Of a DNA stretch of 64,000 bases, positions 61,164-64,000 are shown in pieces; positions within the stretch are counted from its first letter, which is position 1, and the number at the start of each line of letters is the position of its first letter. The notes under the pieces were generated by a model that did not search any database, was not told the DNA's origin, and saw only the letters and a list, made by a program, of their open reading frames with translations. A program made the position numbers and the translations under genes. The stretch is from an uncultured Chloroflexia bacterium (GTDB taxonomy: Bacteria > Chloroflexota > Dehalococcoidia > UBA2979): contig CAVSIV010000006.1 of assembly GCA_963728205.1 (NCBI GenBank), positions 1,760,001 to 1,824,000 on the forward strand, in the 5' to 3' direction.

Positions 61164-62071
61164 CGGGTGGCCCCCGGGTCGGCGTCGTCGTCGTACAGCC
61201 GGAGGAAGAGGCTCTCCAGCGAGGGGGGCTCCACGGTGAGGGACTGGATGCCGTGCCGGGTCAGCAGGCTCATCGCCTCCTGCACCCGGCTCGACTCGAT
61301 CGTCGCCGCCAGGCGGTGCCCGTCGACGTGCACGTCGTGCAGCGTGTCGAGCTCCTCGGCGGCGGGAACCCGGTCGAGGACCGCGTGCAGCGAGGTGCGG
61401 GTCTGGCCACGCAGCTCGGTGAGGCTGCCGCTCTGCACGATCGTGCCGTCGCGGATGATGCTCAGCCGGTCGGCGAGCGTCTCGAGCTCGGCGAGGATGT
61501 GGCTGCTCAGGAGCACGCTGGCGCCGCGGGACTTCGCCTCGCCGATGACCTCCTGGAACACGTTCTCCATCAGCGGGTCCAGCCCGCTGGTCGGCTCGTC
61601 GAGGATCAGCAGCTCGACGTCCGAGGCGAGCGCGGCCACGATGGCGACCTTCTGCCGGTTCCCCTTGGAGTACTGGCGACCGCGCTTGGTGGGGTCGAGC
61701 TCGAAGCGCTCGACGAGGTCGGCCCGGCGTGCCTCGTCCAGGCCCCCGCGCATCGCGCCCAGGAGGTCGATGGCCTCCCCACCGCTCATCCCCGGCCACA
61801 GTGCGACGTCCCCCGGCACGTAGGCCAGGCGCCGGTGCAGATCGACGACGTCGTGCCACGGGTCACCTCCGAGCAGGCGAACGGACCCGCCGTCCGCCCT
61901 GAGGAGCCCGAGCAGCACGCGGATCGTCGTGGACTTCCCTGCCCCGTTGGGCCCGAGGAAGCCGTGGACCTGGCCGCGCTCCACGGTCAGGTCCAGCCCC
62001 CGCAGGGCCCGGACGCTGCCGAAGGACTTGGTCAGCCCCTCGACCTCGATGACCGCGTCGTCGGTGCCCAT
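61160..62071 (-). CDS. ABC exporter ATP-binding protein
   Basis: [30 protein letters not shown]. Confidence 0.92.
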   Translation of the reverse strand: MGTDDAVIEVEGLTKSFGSVRALRGLDLTVERGQVHGFLGPNGAGKSTTIRVLLGLLRADGGSVRLLGGDPWHDVVDLHRRLAYVPGDVALWPGMSGGEAIDLLGAMRGGLDEARRADLVERFELDPTKRGRQYSKGNRQKVAIVAALASDVELLILDEPTSGLDPLMENVFQEVIGEAKSRGASVLLSSHILAELETLADRLSIIRDGTIVQSGSLTELRGQTRTSLHAVLDRVPAAEELDTLHDVHVDGHRLAATIESSRVQEAMSLLTRHGIQSLTVEPPSLESLFLRLYDDDADPGATR

Positions 62072-62214
62072 GGGTCCTGCCTTCGGTGTGGGGGGTGGAG
62101 GTTCCCGGGGAGCATACCCAGTAAATCCACACCTGAGGAAACAAATTCGGCACACACCTGCCACGAGGGCCGGGCGAGCCCGTCGGGCCCCGTCCCGGAC
62201 CCGCGCCGCAGCCG

Positions 62215-63288
62215 TCAGGCTCGGTGGCCCCCCGTGGCCTCCACCCAGTCGAGAAGCAGCCGCTGCCCGGCGCCGGAGTCCAGCACCTCCTCCGCCCGAT
62301 CCGCACCGAGGCGCACCGCGGCAGCCAGGCCCCCTCGGGTGGGTGCACCGTCGCCCAGCCCCGCCGCGACGGCCAGGGCCATGCCGGCGTTGAGCACGAC
62401 CGCGTCGCGCACCGGCCCGGGGTCACCGGCCAACAGCCGCCGCACGACCTCCGCGTTGTGCTCCGCGGACCCCCCGCGCAGCGACTCGACGGGGCTGCGC
62501 TCGATCCCGACGTCGTCCGGGTCGAGCACGAGCTCGGTGACCTCCCCGTCACGCACCCACCAGACGGTCGAGGTGGTGGCGAGGGTGAGCTCGTCGAGAC
62601 CGTCGTCCCCCCGGAACACCGCGGCGGTTCGACCGCGATCGGCGAAGACACCGGCCATGAGCGGGGCCATCCGGAGGTCGGCGACCCCCACCGCGGCATA
62701 CGTCGGCTGCGCCGGGTTGGTGAGCGGGCCGAGCGCGTTGAAGGCCGTGCCCACCCCGAGGTCGCGACGGGCCACCGCGGCGTGGCGCATCGAGGGGTGG
62801 AAGGCGTTCGCGAAGCAGAAGGTGATGCCCACCTCGGAGGCGACGGCCGCGACCTGCTCCGGGGCGAGGGTCAGCGAGACGCCCAGCGCCTCGAGCACGT
62901 CGGCGGACCCAGAGCTCGAGGAGGCCGCTCGGTTCCCGTGCTTGACGACCCGCACGCCGCTGGCCGCCACGACGATCGAGGCCATCGTCGAGATGTTGAC
63001 CGAGTGCAGACGGTCCCCGCCGGTGCCCACGACGTCGATGCTCGGTCCCGGCACCTCGATGCGGGTCGCGTGCTCGAGCATGACGTCGGCCAGGCCGCGC
63101 AGCTCCTCGACGCTCTCCCCCTTGGCGCGCAGCCCGATGAGGAAGCCCGCCAGCTGCGCCGGGGTCGCCTCCCCGAGCATGACCTCCGTCATCGCCCACC
63201 GGGCCTGCGCCGAGGAGAGGTCCTCGCGGCGCAGGAGCAGCGTGAGGATGTCCGGCCAGGTCGAGTCGTCCGGATCCGCTGAGGTCAC
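62215..63288 (-). CDS. trpD: Anthranilate phosphoribosyltransferase
   Basis: DVVGTGGD...NIST, KHGNR..SS.SGSAD, LGPLTNP, DGLDEL. Confidence 0.94.
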   Translation of the reverse strand: MTSADPDDSTWPDILTLLLRREDLSSAQARWAMTEVMLGEATPAQLAGFLIGLRAKGESVEELRGLADVMLEHATRIEVPGPSIDVVGTGGDRLHSVNISTMASIVVAASGVRVVKHGNRAASSSSGSADVLEALGVSLTLAPEQVAAVASEVGITFCFANAFHPSMRHAAVARRDLGVGTAFNALGPLTNPAQPTYAAVGVADLRMAPLMAGVFADRGRTAAVFRGDDGLDELTLATTSTVWWVRDGEVTELVLDPDDVGIERSPVESLRGGSAEHNAEVVRRLLAGDPGPVRDAVVLNAGMALAVAAGLGDGAPTRGGLAAAVRLGADRAEEVLDSGAGQRLLLDWVEATGGHRA

Positions 63289-63290
63289 GG

Positions 63291-63740
63291 TCAGGCGACC
63301 GCGGCCCGGGCGCGGGCCAGCTTCGCGATGGCCTCGGACACGGCGATCGGGTCGAGCGGGTGCGGCACCGCCTCGTCGGCGAGGGACCAGCCGGCGAGCC
63401 ACCCGTCCTGGGGCCTCCCCGTGAGCACGAGGATCGGGGGGCACTCGAAGATCTCGCTCTTGAGCTGGCGGCACAGGCCCAGCCCGCCCATCGGCGCCGC
63501 CTCGCCGTCGAGCACGACGACGTCGTGACCTCCCGCGTCCATCGCCTCGATGACCGCCTCCTGGGTGGCGCACTCGCGCCAAGCGACGATCTCCACGTCA
63601 CGGGCCGGTCGGCGCCCGGCCGCGGCGCGGACCGCGTCACGGGTGGTGATGTCGTCGCTGTAGAGGAGGACCGAGATGCGTTGGATGCCGTCGGTCGCGC
63701 CGCCCGGGTCCGGGGTCACGGAGTCGTGCGAAGTGGTCAT
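63291..63740 (-). CDS. Orphan receiver-domain-like protein
   Basis: [35 protein letters not shown]; conserved between trpD and ctaE. Confidence 0.75.
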   Translation of the reverse strand: MTTSHDSVTPDPGGATDGIQRISVLLYSDDITTRDAVRAAAGRRPARDVEIVAWRECATQEAVIEAMDAGGHDVVVLDGEAAPMGGLGLCRQLKSEIFECPPILVLTGRPQDGWLAGWSLADEAVPHPLDPIAVSEAIAKLARARAAVA

Positions 63741-63834
63741 GGCGGCATGCTACCGGTGGACCCGATCGACAGATGTCTAGTCTTTCGGGGGGTCGGCGCA
63801 GCGCGAGCACCAACTCTTCGCCATAATGGCTCCC

Positions 63835-64000
63835 GTGGCGACTCAAGCACCGGCTCTGACCGAGCCCAGAGGACCTGTTCCGTCCATCCCGGGGCAGGGC
63901 CCTGCGACCCGTCCGAACATGGTCGCGGTCGGGACGATGGTCTGGCTGTCCAGCGAGCTCATGTTCTTCGCGGCACTGTTCGCGTTCTACTTCACCATCC
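63835..64000 (+). CDS. ctaE: Cytochrome c oxidase subunit III, 5' part (runs off window)
   Basis: [29 protein letters not shown]; CATAAT -10 seven nt before the GTG. Confidence 0.9.
   Translation, partial: MATQAPALTEPRGPVPSIPGQGPATRPNMVAVGTMVWLSSELMFFAALFAFYFTI

Noticed and set aside
62072-62214. AT-richer tract upstream of the ABC exporter as a riboswitch or sRNA
   Set aside because: No recognisable aptamer or strong stem; consistent with an ordinary promoter region (TATGCT -10 on the minus strand)

Overview
High-GC bacterial DNA made of two unlike segments. Bases 1 to ~5650 hold the end of a type I restriction-modification locus (hsdS 3' end, hsdR) and, convergently, the C-terminal part of an AddA/UvrD-type helicase-nuclease. 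That helicase is fused in frame at ~5650 to the first ~40 codons of an actinobacterial gene that follows dut, so this is a chimeric or rearrangement junction. From ~5650 to 64000 is core actinobacterial (Micrococcales/Intrasporangiaceae-like) chromosome. It contains dut, DUF4193, IMPase, ferrochelatase, sepH, tdk, a GNAT/CoA-ligase, topoisomerase IV A and B flanking a LacI-regulated sugar ABC operon, a DNA-damage cassette, metF, a polyprenyl synthase, a LysM-SLT protein, a PASTA kinase, DAHP synthase, a MacRS-like two-component system, the glk-ArsA-SRPBCC-fadD block, a DEDD/GIY-YIG nuclease, an ABC exporter, trpD and the start of ctaE. Many conserved genes are frameshifted, consistent with uncorrected long-read indels. 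The most interesting locus is a tightly packed DUF6504 / SAV_6107-HEPN / dnaE2 unit, followed by a methyltransferase and dinB, with no imuA'/imuB. Its promoter has both a perfect LexA box and an exact PafBC (RecA-NDp) motif. The small DUF6504 protein resembles a free-standing ImuB C-terminal domain, and DnaE2 has its own clamp-like motif plus in-frame palindromic insertions. A second, back-to-back pair of PafBC promoters links a small Cys-rich protein to the DEDD/GIY-YIG nuclease. No rRNA, tRNA, CRISPR array or transposase was seen. Family names are assigned by eye from motifs and synteny; no searches were run.
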